64,000 nucleotides of DNA from Octopus vulgaris (lineage: Eukaryota), in NCBI GenBank assembly GCA_951406725.2, contig OX597816.1:45756001-45820000 (forward strand). The letters are read 5' to 3'. Position numbers and translations under genes: made by a program. Below are positions 13,981 through 26,096 of the stretch, piece by piece. Position 1 is the stretch's first letter. The number at the start of each line of letters is the position of its first letter. The notes under the pieces are model-generated. The model was not told the DNA's origin. It saw only the letters and a program-made list of their open reading frames with translations, and ran no database searches.

Positions 13981-14266
13981 TGAGAATACACCTGTAATTT
14001 AAAAAGGTGTTACAAAAGGAGAATGGGGCTCTCTACCCCCCTTTTGACCAGGCTCCCATTGGCTTTTATGGTCTTTTTCCACCAGGAATCTTTTGTAACG
14101 CCTCCCCTTTTTGGGAGATTTTCATTGTTATAATCTTTTGTTGTTAAACTGTTTTTACTCGGATTTTTTCACAAACGGACAAAACCCTTTGTAACCTTTC
14201 ATCCTGCTTTGTCCCTTTTGTGTTATAATTAATTTTTGTCAGCCCTTGTGGCCAATAAAAGAATTA

Positions 14267-14300
<34 letters not shown>
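13981..14300 (+). mobile_element. Probable 5'-truncated LINE 3' UTR in a (TTA)n tract
   Basis: T-rich UTR-like segment ending AGCCCTTGTGGCCAATAAAAGAA then (TTA)n; TAATTATTATTA on both sides. Confidence 0.5.
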
Positions 14301-14301
<1 letters not shown>

Positions 14302-14416
14302 GGCATTGGGCTGGTGGTCTCTTTTTTTTTTTAGTGTTCCCTTCTTCAGCCAATCCCGCCTATTTTTTCCAGCAACTTCTGTTGAGGCTACATGGATTTG
14401 ATTGTGTAATCCCTTC

Positions 14417-14810
14417 TTACTCTTTTACTTGTTTCAGTCATTTGACTGCAGCCATGCTGGAGCACCGCCTTTAATCGAGCAACTCGACCCCGGGACTTAT
14501 TCTTTTGTAAGCCCAGTACTTATTTTATCGGTCTCTTTTGCCGAACCGCTAAGTAACAGGGACATAAACACACCAGCATCGGTTGTCAAGCAATGCTAGG
14601 GGGACAAATACAGACACACAAACACACACATGCATATATATATATACATATATACGACAGGCTTCTTTCAGTTTCCGTCTACCAAATCCACTCACAAGGC
14701 TTTGGTCGGCCCGAGGCTATAGTAGAAGACACTTGCCCAAGGTGCCACGCAGTGGGACTGAACCCGGAACCATGTGGTTGGTAGACAAGCTACTTACCAC
14801 ACAGCCACTC
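14417..14810 (-). mobile_element. SINE family A (near consensus)
   Basis: Full-length, highly similar to the copies at 32740-33143 and 37291-37706. Confidence 0.88.
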
Positions 14811-14859
14811 TATGTATGTGTATACACACACACATATATATATAATAAAAAACGTGAAA

Positions 14860-15257
14860 AACAGACCATGTTTTAACTTTATGTATCCTTTTTTTAATTC
14901 TTCCTTCTTTTTTCCTTTTTACTCTGCTCTCAATACTCCCTCGGTCCTAACTGCAAGGTTTCCTTACTTTGGGCTAGGTATCACATTAAGCTCTCGAGTT
15001 CAATACTCATGAAGTCTTACACACTTCTAAGTCCACTCCACTTCCTCCATTTGTTCTCTTCATGTATAGGCAATCAGTGTCTGAATGTGGGTGATGGGCT
15101 ACATGTATCATTAGGAGCCTTCTTGACTTCCTGTCCATCTCCTTTTGCTCCTCCTCTGTCCACTTCAGGATTCCGGTGCCATACCAAGCTACTGCGACTA
15201 CATGTGAGTTTATGGCTGAAATTATGTTTCTGGCATTCAGCTTTGAAGCCAGTATTT
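14860..15257 (-). mobile_element. R4/Dong-clade non-LTR retrotransposon fragment
   Basis: KILASKLNARNIISAINSHVVAVAWYGTGILKWTEEEQKEMDRKSRRLLMIHVAHHPHSDTDCLYMKRTNGG matches the post-RT region of R4/Dong elements (LNAGN.I.AIN..A....Y..GI..W...EL...DRKTRK......HP..D..RLY..R..GG); abuts a (TAA)n tract. Confidence 0.75.
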
Positions 15258-15297
15258 TAATAATAATAATAGTCATCATCATCATCATCATCATCAA

Positions 15298-15520
15298 TGT
15301 GGCAAGCTGGTAGAATCATTAGCATGCCAGACAAAATGCTTAGCAGTATTTCATCCATATTCACATTCTGAGTTCAAATTCCACCAAGGTCAACTTTGCC
15401 TTTCATCCTTTGGAGGTCAATGAAATAAGCACCAGTTGGGTGCTGGAGGTCAATGTAATTAACTTAATTCCCTCCCACAAGGCTTCAGGCCTTAGACCTA
15501 TAGTAGAAAGGATTATTATG
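15298..15520 (+). mobile_element. SINE family B (diverged)
   Basis: GAGTTCAAATTCC B box plus the ACTTTGCCTTTCATCCTTTGGAGGTCAATGAAATAAG core. Confidence 0.7.
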
Positions 15521-16079
15521 ATTATTGTGTACATTACTCTACCAATCTTCAGGCTAGGCATCAATTATGCCAATCTCACTAATCTGGGTGGGCATGCTGG
15601 AGCCAAGTACACTAGCCCCCTATCTCTTTCTGACAATCATTGTATGAAGGCAGAACTGGATTGAAGTAAATGCAACATTCATACTTTTGCTTCAAATACC
15701 TACTGCACCATCTTAAGAGTGACTTGTCTCTCCTGGTGGGAAACTAAATTAAATTGTAGATCCTGTTTGCTAAAACCTTACATACACAATTATGCATATA
15801 TCATCATCAACAACAACAATAAATTAATAAAAGAAAAAAAAATCGTTTTTTTTTGTTTTGTTTTTGTTTTTTATTATTAATTACACATCCAAAGGGGACT
15901 TTGAACCAGAAAATGTCAAGGGAACAATAGCAAAGCTGATGATGAAGAGTCAGGGAATTCTCAAAGGAAGCTAATCGAGAAGAACATATTAGCTGGCGGA
16001 AACGATGACAGAGATACCGGCATTGTGTATGGTAACACATACAGAAGAGAGCAGCTTAGCAGTTAGCAGGGGTCTGTGG

Positions 16080-16755
16080 AAAGGGGGAGGGGTTGGAGGG
16101 AGGAAAAGAGAGTGAGTATGAATGTATTGGAGTGAAGAAGACAAAGGAATCAAAGAGGGAGGTAGATGCAAAAGTGAAAGTACAGGGTAGGGTGGGAGTA
16201 AGAAAGAAAAGAACAGGTGAGGGAAACAAGACGGGTAGGGAGAAGACGAGAGAAGAAGAGGGGAAAGGAAAACATCATGAGAAGAATAAAAGAGAAAAGT
16301 GTGATAGAGGAGAAAGACGAAACAATGAAATAAGACATGGAATTAAATGAAGGAGATGAAATGAAAGGGAGTGGTGAAATGAGGGGGAAAGGAAAACAGG
16401 AAAAAGAGAAAAGGAAAGAGAACAGAAGAGGAAAGAAAGAACAAAGGGAGGTAGATGAATGAAAGAGAAAGAAAGATGCAATGAGGGGAGAAGAGAGAAA
16501 GAAGGAGGGAGATAAAGCAAGAGGGAGAAGGAAAGAGAGATCAAGAACAGAGTTAGGAGAGAAGAGCCCAGGGGGAGTGAAAACATGGTGTGTGTGGGGG
16601 GGGTAAGAAATAGACATCAAAGGTGAAGGAATAAGAAATGGGGGGGGGGAATAAGAGATGAGGAGGGAGAAAAACAAGGGATACAAGACAGCAGGGAGGT
16701 GGGGTAAGACAAGTCAGAAGAAGAGATAAAGAGAGGGGAAAGAAGAAAAAAGATG
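16080..16755. repeat. Polypurine (GA-rich) low-complexity tract
   Basis: Plus strand is mostly A/G for about 670 bp. Confidence 0.85.
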
Positions 16756-17620
16756 AGTATGCGCATGTGTATATATGTATATATATTATCATTTAACATC
16801 TGTTTTCCATGCTAGCATGGGTTAGATTATGTATGTAAAAATATGCACACACACACACACACACACGTGCGCGCTCAGGAAGAAACAGAGAGTGAAAGAG
16901 AGAGATGGAAGCAATGGAATGTTGCTATAGTAACAACATCAATGAAAACAGGCAAGACTGAGTTATTAAGGTTTGCTTCTCAATCACAATCCAGGGATCA
17001 ATCCTTTGGACAAGCATTTTTACCATAGGCTCCAGGGTTACTGATTCCTTGTGTGGCGGACTGAATAGAGGAGAAACCGTATGGAGGCCTATCAGATGAA
17101 ATGTATCCTTAATTCAAAGGAGGACATTTGTCACACACTGCATTGTGCTGATACTCCCTGTGGGTTTATATTAGGGGCACAATATGCCTGTAGTGTACCC
17201 AGCCATTTGGCACAGTAATTTAACGACAAGGTAGTTCAGTTAATCAAAAACTGGAATAGACATCATCATAGAAACCTTTAGCAGATCTATTCACTAAATA
17301 TTCTTTACAAATAGAAGGTCACTGCACCCTCTCCTACTGGTCACTCTTTTAGGTGGGAAAAGACATCAGTGTTGGTTTTATTTTGTTTGTTTAGCCCCAG
17401 GTAAGAACTTTGACCAAAGCTATTTCAAACCTGAACATTCTAAGTGTTTATAAGGGAAATTTGGCTGCTATTTCTAGCAGGTCATAGAAGCAAGTGTGCT
17501 GGCTTCTGTTGGTTTCATTCTGACTGAAGTCTTGTTTTAAAAGATAAAGTTGTAATGTGTATATAGAGAGTATTTTCAGAAGGAAAATATTAAAAAAAGA
17601 CACAGACTGACAGAGACACT

Positions 17621-17658
<38 letters not shown>

Positions 17659-18383
17659 TACACAGTGATGAAATGGAAAGGGAGAAGAGTACTAGAGAGA
17701 GAGAGAGAAGGTAAAAGAAACTGAAGCAGGGGGAGAGGTGTAAGGAGCAGAACTATGACACAGAAGAGCTGTAAGAGGAAATAAGGAAAAGAGAGAGAGA
17801 GAAAGAGAGAGTATTTGCAGAAAGGGCATTGGTGACAAATAAGGGCCTTCAGGGTCAGACAGAAGTTGTGTGGAAGGTGAAGGGGTACAAACAACAGGAC
17901 AACAAAGGGATTAGAGTGGAGGAGTAGAAGTATGTAAGGACACAAGTGGGGGGGGGGGGGGGTAAACAAAATGCCAGTTGGCTGGAAGGAGATAAGGATT
18001 ATTAGCAAGGAGTGTGGTGGTGGTGATGGTGTTGGTGGTGGTGGTGTAGTTGTCAGAGGACCCAAGACATTTCAACCAGATTCTTGTTATATTGCAATTA
18101 TTTATTACAATATTGCAATTGTTGTTGCTGTTGTTGTTGTTGTTGTTGTTGTGACAGTGGCTACCATCAGTGGTGAGGGTGATGGTGGTGGTGAAGGTGA
18201 TGATGATGTTGGTGGTGGTGAGGGTGGCAGTGGTGATGAGGGTAATATAGCCTACACAGAAAAATTGTAATGAGAAGGGCACAGTAAAAAAAAAAGAAAA
18301 AAAAAAGAAAATAGAAATAAGAAATGTGAGGGGATAGAAGAAGGGGTAAGAAGAGAGAGGGAGAGAGAGATAGATAGATAGAA

Positions 18384-18417
<34 letters not shown>

Positions 18418-18615
18418 TGTGTGCGTATGTTTGTTTCCAGAATAATTAAATATAGGGAGAGAATAAAGAGAACAAGAGGAAGAGAGGGAAACTGAGAGAA
18501 AGTGAGAATTAAAAAAGAAAATGAGAAAACTTAGAAACAATGAAATAAAGAGTGATATATATATACACACACACTCGTTTATATTTACATACAAACTATC
18601 CACACACACACACAC

Positions 18616-18647
<32 letters not shown>

Positions 18648-18785
18648 TTCCATACACATATCCATGCACACACACACATATATATATAGAGAGAGAGGTA
18701 CAGGGAAAGACAGAGAGACAGACAGAGAGAGAGAATGTGAAAGTGAAAAAATAAGGATGAAAAACAGAAGTGCAAGTGGTAGAGG

Positions 18786-18787
<2 letters not shown>

Positions 18788-18864
<77 letters not shown>

Positions 18865-18876
18865 TGTGTGTGTGTG

Positions 18877-18937
<61 letters not shown>

Positions 18938-19016
18938 TGTGTGTGTGTTTGTGAGTGTGTGTGTGTTTGTGAGTGTGTGTGTTTGTGTGTGTGTGTTTTT
19001 GTGTGTGTGTGTGTGT
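18788..19016. repeat. Long (GT)n microsatellite
   Basis: About 230 bp, directly visible. Confidence 0.97.
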
Positions 19017-19255
19017 TTCTCTCTCTCATGTTTGTAAAATGATTACATATGTACTTTCTCTGAATACAGTATATGCATCAGCACAGTTATAGTTGATGCT
19101 GGATCAGCTGTGATTGATGTCTATCGCCTTTGTTTGTGGTCTGAATTAACAATGTCACAACAGCAACAATAACAATGTCGTCAACACCACAGCCAACACC
19201 ACAGCAGTGACACTGGCACTACTACAATCACCAACAGTAAAATCACTACCAACAT

Positions 19256-20060
19256 AGGTGCAAACAGTAGCTGTGTGGGTTAAGAAACTTGCTTCCTGAG
19301 CTTGTGGTTTTGGGTTCAGTCTCACTGTGGGGTACCTTGGGCAAGTGTCTTTTACTCTACTGTAGCCCCAGGTTAACAAGATGTCTTGTGAGTGGATTTG
19401 AATTACGAATACATTTCATCTGATAGGCCTCCATACAGGTTCTCCTCTATTCAGTCCACCGCACAAGGAATCAATTAACAAGATGTCTTGTGAGTGGATT
19501 TGGTTGATAGAAACCAAAAGAAGCCCATCGTGTGTGTGTGTGTGTGTGTGTGCATCTCTGTGTTTGTCCTCTGCCAACAAGACCAGGGCTGGCCAACCTG
19601 AGGGCTGTGGGCTGCAGACTTTTATCTTGCAGCCCACTTGATACTTTCTTGAAAGTATTGTGTTCAATTTCAAAATAAAATTGTTTGTGTAAAAAAATTT
19701 GTTTCAAAATAAATTTAAAAATTTATAAGTGGCAATAAAGCAACAGCCTACAATTTTATAATTTTAAACCAACGGAAAGTATGAAAAATTCTCGATTCTG
19801 ATTCTGTGCATAAAGTATACAAGCGGCCCTCAAAATCTTTCTGTGATTAAAGTGGCCCGCAATGTAATTTGACTTGGCTAGGCCTGAACTAGACAATCTG
19901 TGTTGGTTTGTTGACTTCCCCATAACTTAGCAGTTTGGTAAAAGAAGCTGCTAGAATATGTACAAAACTTAGGGATTGGGGGAAAGCAAAAACACAAGTA
20001 CTGGGGTTGATTTGTTCAATTAAACCCTTCAAACCAATGCCCCCACCATTGACTGAAATA
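19256..20060 (+). mobile_element. SINE family A interrupted by a 74-bp insertion and a hAT MITE
   Basis: SINE head at 19256; core resumes at 19475; 3' half resumes after 19894. Confidence 0.7.
19584..19886. mobile_element. hAT-type MITE
   Basis: TIRs CAGGGCTGGCCAA / TTGGCTAGGCCTG; 8-bp TSD AACAAGAC / AACTAGAC. Confidence 0.82.
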
Positions 20061-20189
20061 CACCTGGTTGTACACTAGCATCACATCATACATTAACTGC
20101 TAGACCAAACATAGATATCAAAACATGTGGTCACTCGATCTGCTAGAAATAATAGCTAAATATCCCCCAACTCATATGTTTATTTAAAC

Positions 20190-20443
20190 CAGTGGTTCTC
20201 AACAATTGTTTGCCTGTGAACGCCTTTAATCCTTATTTTCTCCACTGGATCCCATTAGCCATTTGAAGTTTTTAAAAATCCTATTGTATTTTCATAATTA
20301 TTATTAGGAGTTGTATTTAAAAAAAAGGTTGTTAAAATATTGTGTATTGTAGAAGTGTAACCAATTTATTGAACATAATTTTTTAACAACTAAATCTTAT
20401 ATAGACCTGAAAGGGTCATGTGGACCTCACACGAGAACCACTG
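20190..20443. mobile_element. hAT (Charlie/MER5-like) MITE
   Basis: TIRs CAGTGGTTCTC / GAGAACCACTG; 8-bp TSD ATTTAAAC / ATTTAGAC. Confidence 0.85.
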
Positions 20444-20589
20444 ATTTAGACAATGTAGTTACACACACACACACAAGAGCTTGACGAATGGGATAATCAT
20501 AACTGGAATATTTTTCATTCACAGGTCTGCTCCATTAGGGGTTGACCTGGCACTACCCGACAGTAACAACAACCACTACCCATACAACA

Positions 20590-21355
20590 ATTACAACATC
20601 AGTGTCTCAGTACAAAAGACAACACCACCACCCGTACTACTACTACTAATTATACTACAATCAGCATGCCAATATTGATAATACCAACACAATTACTATA
20701 ACCTATACTACATCATTACACCACTACTGACACAACAACTACTCCTTACATCATATCAGAGTGCCATGGCAACTACTGCTACCACAACATCAGTGCACCA
20801 GTCCTGACACACCACAACCACTACCTAGACTACAACATCAGTGTACTGGTACTGACATTACTACTACTACTACTACTAACACCACATCAGTATACTTGCA
20901 TTGATAATACCTCTACTGTTGCCCATACTACATCAGTGAGCCAATACTGACAATACCACTGCTACTGCTACCAGTACTGCAACATCAAAGCATCAGTACA
21001 GGTAACACCACCTCTACTGTTACCTACACCACAAGATCAGCATGCCTATACTGACATCACTTCTACAACTACCTATGCTACAACATTACTGCACCAGCAC
21101 TAACAACAATACTACTTACACCACAACATTAATGCACCAGTACTAACACCAACATCACTTTCTGCATGAACTACTACATCACAACTACTACATCGCAACT
21201 ACTACTACTACTACTACAACATAAATGTGCTTGTATAGACAACACCACCACAACGTTAGTGCACCAGTACTAACACAATACTATAGCTTCTAGCTATACT
21301 ATATCACTGTGCCTGTACTACCAGCACCACTGCTACTACTACCTACACTACAATA
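20590..21355. repeat. Degenerate minisatellite, unit ~45-50 bp
   Basis: Recurrent ACAACATCAGTGCACCAGTACTGACAC...ACTACTACCTA(C/T)ACT motif with variable ACT/ACC runs. Confidence 0.65.
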
Positions 21356-22799
21356 ATTCAATGGAAACCCAATTTCAGCAAGTTATTGATCTTGTATTTA
21401 CTGGGTTAACAAACTGAACAGTCCAGCATTGCTGTTGCTACTGACATCATCATCATCATTGCTATCAATAATATCAGAGCATCTTTATCATCATCATCAT
21501 CATCACTATCAGTAACTTTATATAATTACAACCATCATCATCATCATCAATAACACAATCATAACGGCAACATTATGTTATCACCACCACCACCACCACC
21601 ACCATAATATCATCAGCGATATTACATCATTATCAGTATTACTGCCATTATATTCACTCTGAACGGTGTAACATCACAATCGCATCACCAATGCCGTGAT
21701 ATCAATATCAACATTGCCACCACCGTCACTATTACATCAACACCACTAACTACCACTACCACCACCTCCATTATGAACATTACCATAAAGATTTTAGTGT
21801 CGGATACAAGCATCCAAAACAACAGCAGAAGCAGCACTATCACCATCAATACTTCAGTCACCCCCCTCCACCCTTACTTTCCTCCTCCTCTTCTAAATTA
21901 TATCATCATCATCATCATCATAATCATATCATAAAAGCATCACTATAATCATCACCATCTTCAATAATATGGCTCTCAGCATCAACATTATATCAATCAC
22001 AATCATCATCATCATCAATATCGTAATCATAATTGTCGCCAATAGCTCAGCTCAGCCTCCCACCTCGTCCTCATCCCCACTATTTTCTCTGTAAACAGCA
22101 GTGGCATCACAACTCGTATTGATTTCTGCCAGCGGCTCAAAGACAAAGATTTGTATAAAAGAGGGTGTAAAGAGGGTGTAATGATGAGTGGCAGGGTACA
22201 TGGTACTTGTGTCGTGTGTTACCATGCACACAGAGAGAAACGAGCAATAAACTTCAAACGAATGAAGATTTGAACTCACTACCCCCGAGCAGACAAAATT
22301 TTACTGAAACATTTAGCCCAGTACTCACCCATTAATACTTCTCCACCACCTCTTTCCAGAAGCTAATATCATCATGTTTATCATCATTGTCATCACCATT
22401 ATTGTTGTTGTTGTTGTTGTTAGGAAAATAAGCTGGCAAGATCATTAGAGGACTGGAAAAAAATTTCTTCTGGATGTTTACATTCCAAGCTCAAATCTGG
22501 CTGAGTATGGACAACAGACGTTAAATGATGATGATGAGATGGTGGCTCTGTGCCACAATTAGGAATGATTTTTGAAGATGATACAGACACAATTGGTAAC
22601 CAAGATGCTTTACGGCATTTGTTTCAGTTCTCTGTGTTGTCAATTCGAATTCTACTGAGATCATTCTTCTGGGCCCAATAATATTAAGTACCAGTCAAGT
22701 ACTAGGGGCAGCAGTTTACAAGGCACCAGCACCAGTGAAGTTTGTTCTCTCCACACAAACTTCAAGCCTTGTTCCTGTGTAAGAAATTAACACTATTAC

Positions 22800-23320
22800 T
22801 ACAGTACAGATGCCACTTAAAAAGCACCCAGTCCACACTGTTAAGTGGTTGGCATTTGGGAGGGCATCCAGCTGAAAAAAACCATGCCAAAACTGACCTC
22901 GCTTGTGCGAGTGCCACATAAAAAGCATTCGGCATACTCTTCGGAGTGGTTGGTGTTTGGAAGGGCATCCAGCCATAAAATCTATACTAAAACACACTCA
23001 GAAGCATGGCGCAGAGTCCTATTTCTTTATTACCCACAAGGGGCTAAACACAGAAGGGACAAACAAGGACAGACATAGGTATTAAGTCAATTACATTGAC
23101 CCCAGTGCGTAACTGGTACTTAATCTATCGACCCCGAAAGGATGAAAGGCAAAGTCGACCTCGGCAGAATTTGAACTCACAACGTAACGACAGACGAAAT
23201 ACCGCTAAGCATTTTGCCTGGCGTGCTAACGTTTCTGCCAGCTGCCTGGCCAGCTTCTGTCAAACCGTCCATCCAACCCATGCTAGCATGGAAGGAGGAC
23301 ATTAAGTGATGACGATGACT
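22800..23320 (+). mobile_element. Family D element interrupted by a minus-strand SINE B (~23021-23245)
   Basis: Two AAAAAGCA...GGTTGG..GGAAGGGCATCCAGC segments, then SINE B, then CCATCCAACCCATGCTAGCATGGAA...TGATGA tail. Confidence 0.7.
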
Positions 23321-23408
23321 ACTAATGTGACTACTGACTTCATCAGAAGAAACAAGCATATTTCCAGCAATAACAAAATTTGTTATACCACTGCTGCAGC
23401 TACTGACC

Positions 23409-23422
23409 GTTGCCATGGCAAC
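23409..23422. promoter_or_regulatory. Perfect palindromic RFX X-box motif
   Basis: GTTGCCATGGCAAC equals the optimal RFX consensus; function untested. Confidence 0.5.
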
Positions 23423-23639
23423 AATATTATAACATCCATTATTAGCAGACAGAGTTTATTGAGGTACATTTTCTACAGCAAGTTTTCCTTCCTGTCACCT
23501 ATTCCATACCTGTCTCAAAGCAAGGTAATATTTCCTCGTGGCCAGACATGTTTTCACGGCATATTGGAAATTAATGACATTGCTTGTACAATGACACTCA
23601 TTCACAAATGCCACGCAATGCCAAAGCATACATAAACGG

Positions 23640-24560
23640 GGGGGTGGACATGTGCTCTCAGTCACATTGGGGCAGCAGGTTGACACCACTGACTTCTGTT
23701 GACTGTGACTTTTCTATATCCACCCATGCAATATTGGTCTCCCTCTCATGTTGGTTATAAATGTTCTACACCATATTATTTTCGGTCTACCCCTCTCTCT
23801 TTTTTCCCTCTGATGGTATCCGTGTGCATATATTACACACACACAACATGCTTCTTTCAAGTTTCCATCTACCAAATCTACTCACAAAGCTTTGGCCAGC
23901 CTGGGGCTATAGTAGACACTTGCCCAAGCAACAAAGCATCCTAATTTTCCTTGAAGCCAGCAGAAGCCAATCTTATGCACTTTGTAATCTTGTATTTGGA
24001 TTTGTTGATTGGAGGTGAGAGGTGTCAAACAGACAGACACCTCTGCTTTCTGTAGTTAAATCCCAATTAACTGACCACACTTTTCTACTCATTTTTGAAG
24101 CCAATTGATAAGACCTTATCTTTGAACTTTTTCATGTTCACACCAACCAGCCTTGAAATATCTGTGAACTCTTTCTACAAGATCAAGAGTTCATCACAGG
24201 ATAAGGTCAAGAGAATACAGACACTAGCATAGCCAAAACCTGTTATCATTGTATCCCAGCCAAAATGGACTCTATCTAATTAATCACATAGTTGAACAAG
24301 GTTGGCAAAAGTTCACAACATTTTTATCTCAAATATACATGAATCTTTTCTACAGCTTCTTTGAATATTGGAAATATACTGGAATAGTACAGGTAACAGT
24401 TTTCGCAACATTTCATCTACTTCCAGGATGACAAAACTTTATATCTGGTGCACAGAATCTACAAATACATCGATTTTGCACAGACAGAATGACCATCTGC
24501 ATTTCCAAAGTTAACAAAGATTTTAGTAATGCTTCCACAACTAGGATAGAATTCAGCTTG
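23640..24560 (-). mobile_element. Heavily decayed RTE-like LINE RT/C-terminal fragments (interrupted by a SINE A piece)
   Basis: Broken minus-strand frames give PTLFNYVIN, ERVHRYF..VGVNMKK and RPKIIWCRT, resembling RTE RT and C-terminal motifs. Confidence 0.45.
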
Positions 24561-24787
24561 AACTGGACATTTAGAGTTTCTCATCATTAATTAACATCCA
24601 TTTTCCATGCTGACATGGTTTCTACAGTTAGATGCCCTTCCTGACAATAATCACTTTATAGTGTGTACTGGGGACTTTCTCATGTTAACAGTAATAGTGA
24701 GGTTGCCAAATAACTTGCAAGACAGGAAAGACAAAAAAAAAAGAAAAGTAAAAGACCACCTAAAACAAAACAGAAGACTTTGAAAAA

Positions 24788-25024
24788 TTTAAGGCGGCGA
24801 TCTAGCAGAAACATTAGTAAGCCAGGCAAAGTGCTTAGTGGTGTTTCGTCCGCTGTTACATTCTGAGTTCAAATTCCACCGAGGTTGACTTTGCCTTTCA
24901 TCTTTTCGGGGGTCGATAAATTAAGTACCAGTTACACACTGGATTCGATGTAATCGGTTTAATCCCTTTGCCTGTCCTTATTTGTCCCCTCTATGTTTAG
25001 CCCCTTGTGGGCAATAAAGAAATA
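24788..25024 (+). mobile_element. SINE family B with 16-bp TSD
   Basis: GGCGGCGATCTAGCAGAA head, GAGTTCAAATTCC B box, GCCTTTCATC..GGGGTCGATAAATTAAGTACCAG core (recalls the Meta-SINE central domain), tail AGCCCCTTGTGGGCAATAAAGAAATA; TSD AGAAGACTTTGAAAAA at 24772-24787 and 25025-25040. Confidence 0.88.
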
Positions 25025-25085
25025 AGAAGACTTTGAAAAAATTGCTAGCAAAGTAACGTTATTACACACCTTTCATTATACCACA

Positions 25086-25598
25086 TTAGCAGTATCGCCC
25101 GGCGTTGCTCGGGTTTGTAAGGGAAATAACTATATAAGCATTATTAGAGAGTTACTTCCCTTATAGATGCCAATTCGGGCTTTCTTAGCCATTTCTGTTT
25201 TGGTGTCTTCAAGCCATGAAGTCGTTGTTCTAAAAGAACGCTGGTCTCCTTGACAACGCTTTACGACGTTGATTTCCTTACACTCCCTTCCCTACAGCTT
25301 CACGAGGGAGGGAAGAAGGGAAAGAAGCAAACAGGTGCAGGTGTGACCATGGATGCCAACTCCGCTGCCATCGACACACGAAAAATTATGCATTAAAATG
25401 GAATAAAAAATGACGTTAAATTATTTTTTAAATCGTAGACTCATCGTAGACGCGTGCTAATACTCAGACGGGCTCGATATGAATCACGACTATAAGATAC
25501 CCGAATTTGGTTAAACTGCACCGCAAAATGTGGGAGTAGTTAGGAATCTAAATCGAAGGGGACAGACACTCACACAACTACAGTTTTACATATATAGA
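25086..25598 (-). mobile_element. Non-autonomous Helitron-type element
   Basis: Minus strand starts TCTATATATG after a host A and ends with a subterminal hairpin CCCGAGCAACGCCGGG then CTGCTAA (CTRR) before a host T; no TSD. Confidence 0.78.
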
Positions 25599-25883
25599 TT
25601 TCCCAGGTTATCCTCATCATCATTAAGTTGACCAAATTGGCATGGAATAAATGGGCTGCTATGTTCCAAGTGAGCTCTTACTGCCCTTCTAGATAGGTCA
25701 GAAGACTATGGTTCACTTGCATTACATGTGTATGTATGCATGCCTATGTACACAAATGCTGACATTCAACAAGTTTCACCTGTCACCATCTGTGGTGATG
25801 TGATGCGATGTTTGCATTCCTTGTTCACATTAAGACCAGTCTCTCCTCACTTTCAAAACCTACTGGAATAAGAGAATTCCTAA

Positions 25884-26096
25884 CCCTTTAAACAGGCTGT
25901 ATCCAGCCCAAAATATTCAACCTGCTTTGTGTTTAAACCAATCAGATCTGGCCTCTCACACCTATACTACAGTGTCATTTTTAAAATAATCACCACATCT
26001 TTGAGATCTCAAAGCTACAAGATAATGCAAGATTAATTTAAAATAATGTGTATAAATAAGCTTTACATTTGACAGAATAATCTGAATGCTAAAGGG
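25884..26096. mobile_element. piggyBac-type MITE-2 (reverse orientation, diverged)
   Basis: CCCTTTA...TCTGAATGCTAAAGGG termini; internal similarity to 12071-12293. Confidence 0.7.

Noticed and set aside
20550-22040. Mucin-like Thr/His-rich coding exon
   Set aside because: Frequent stops and frameshifts, no convincing splice boundaries; low-complexity DNA.
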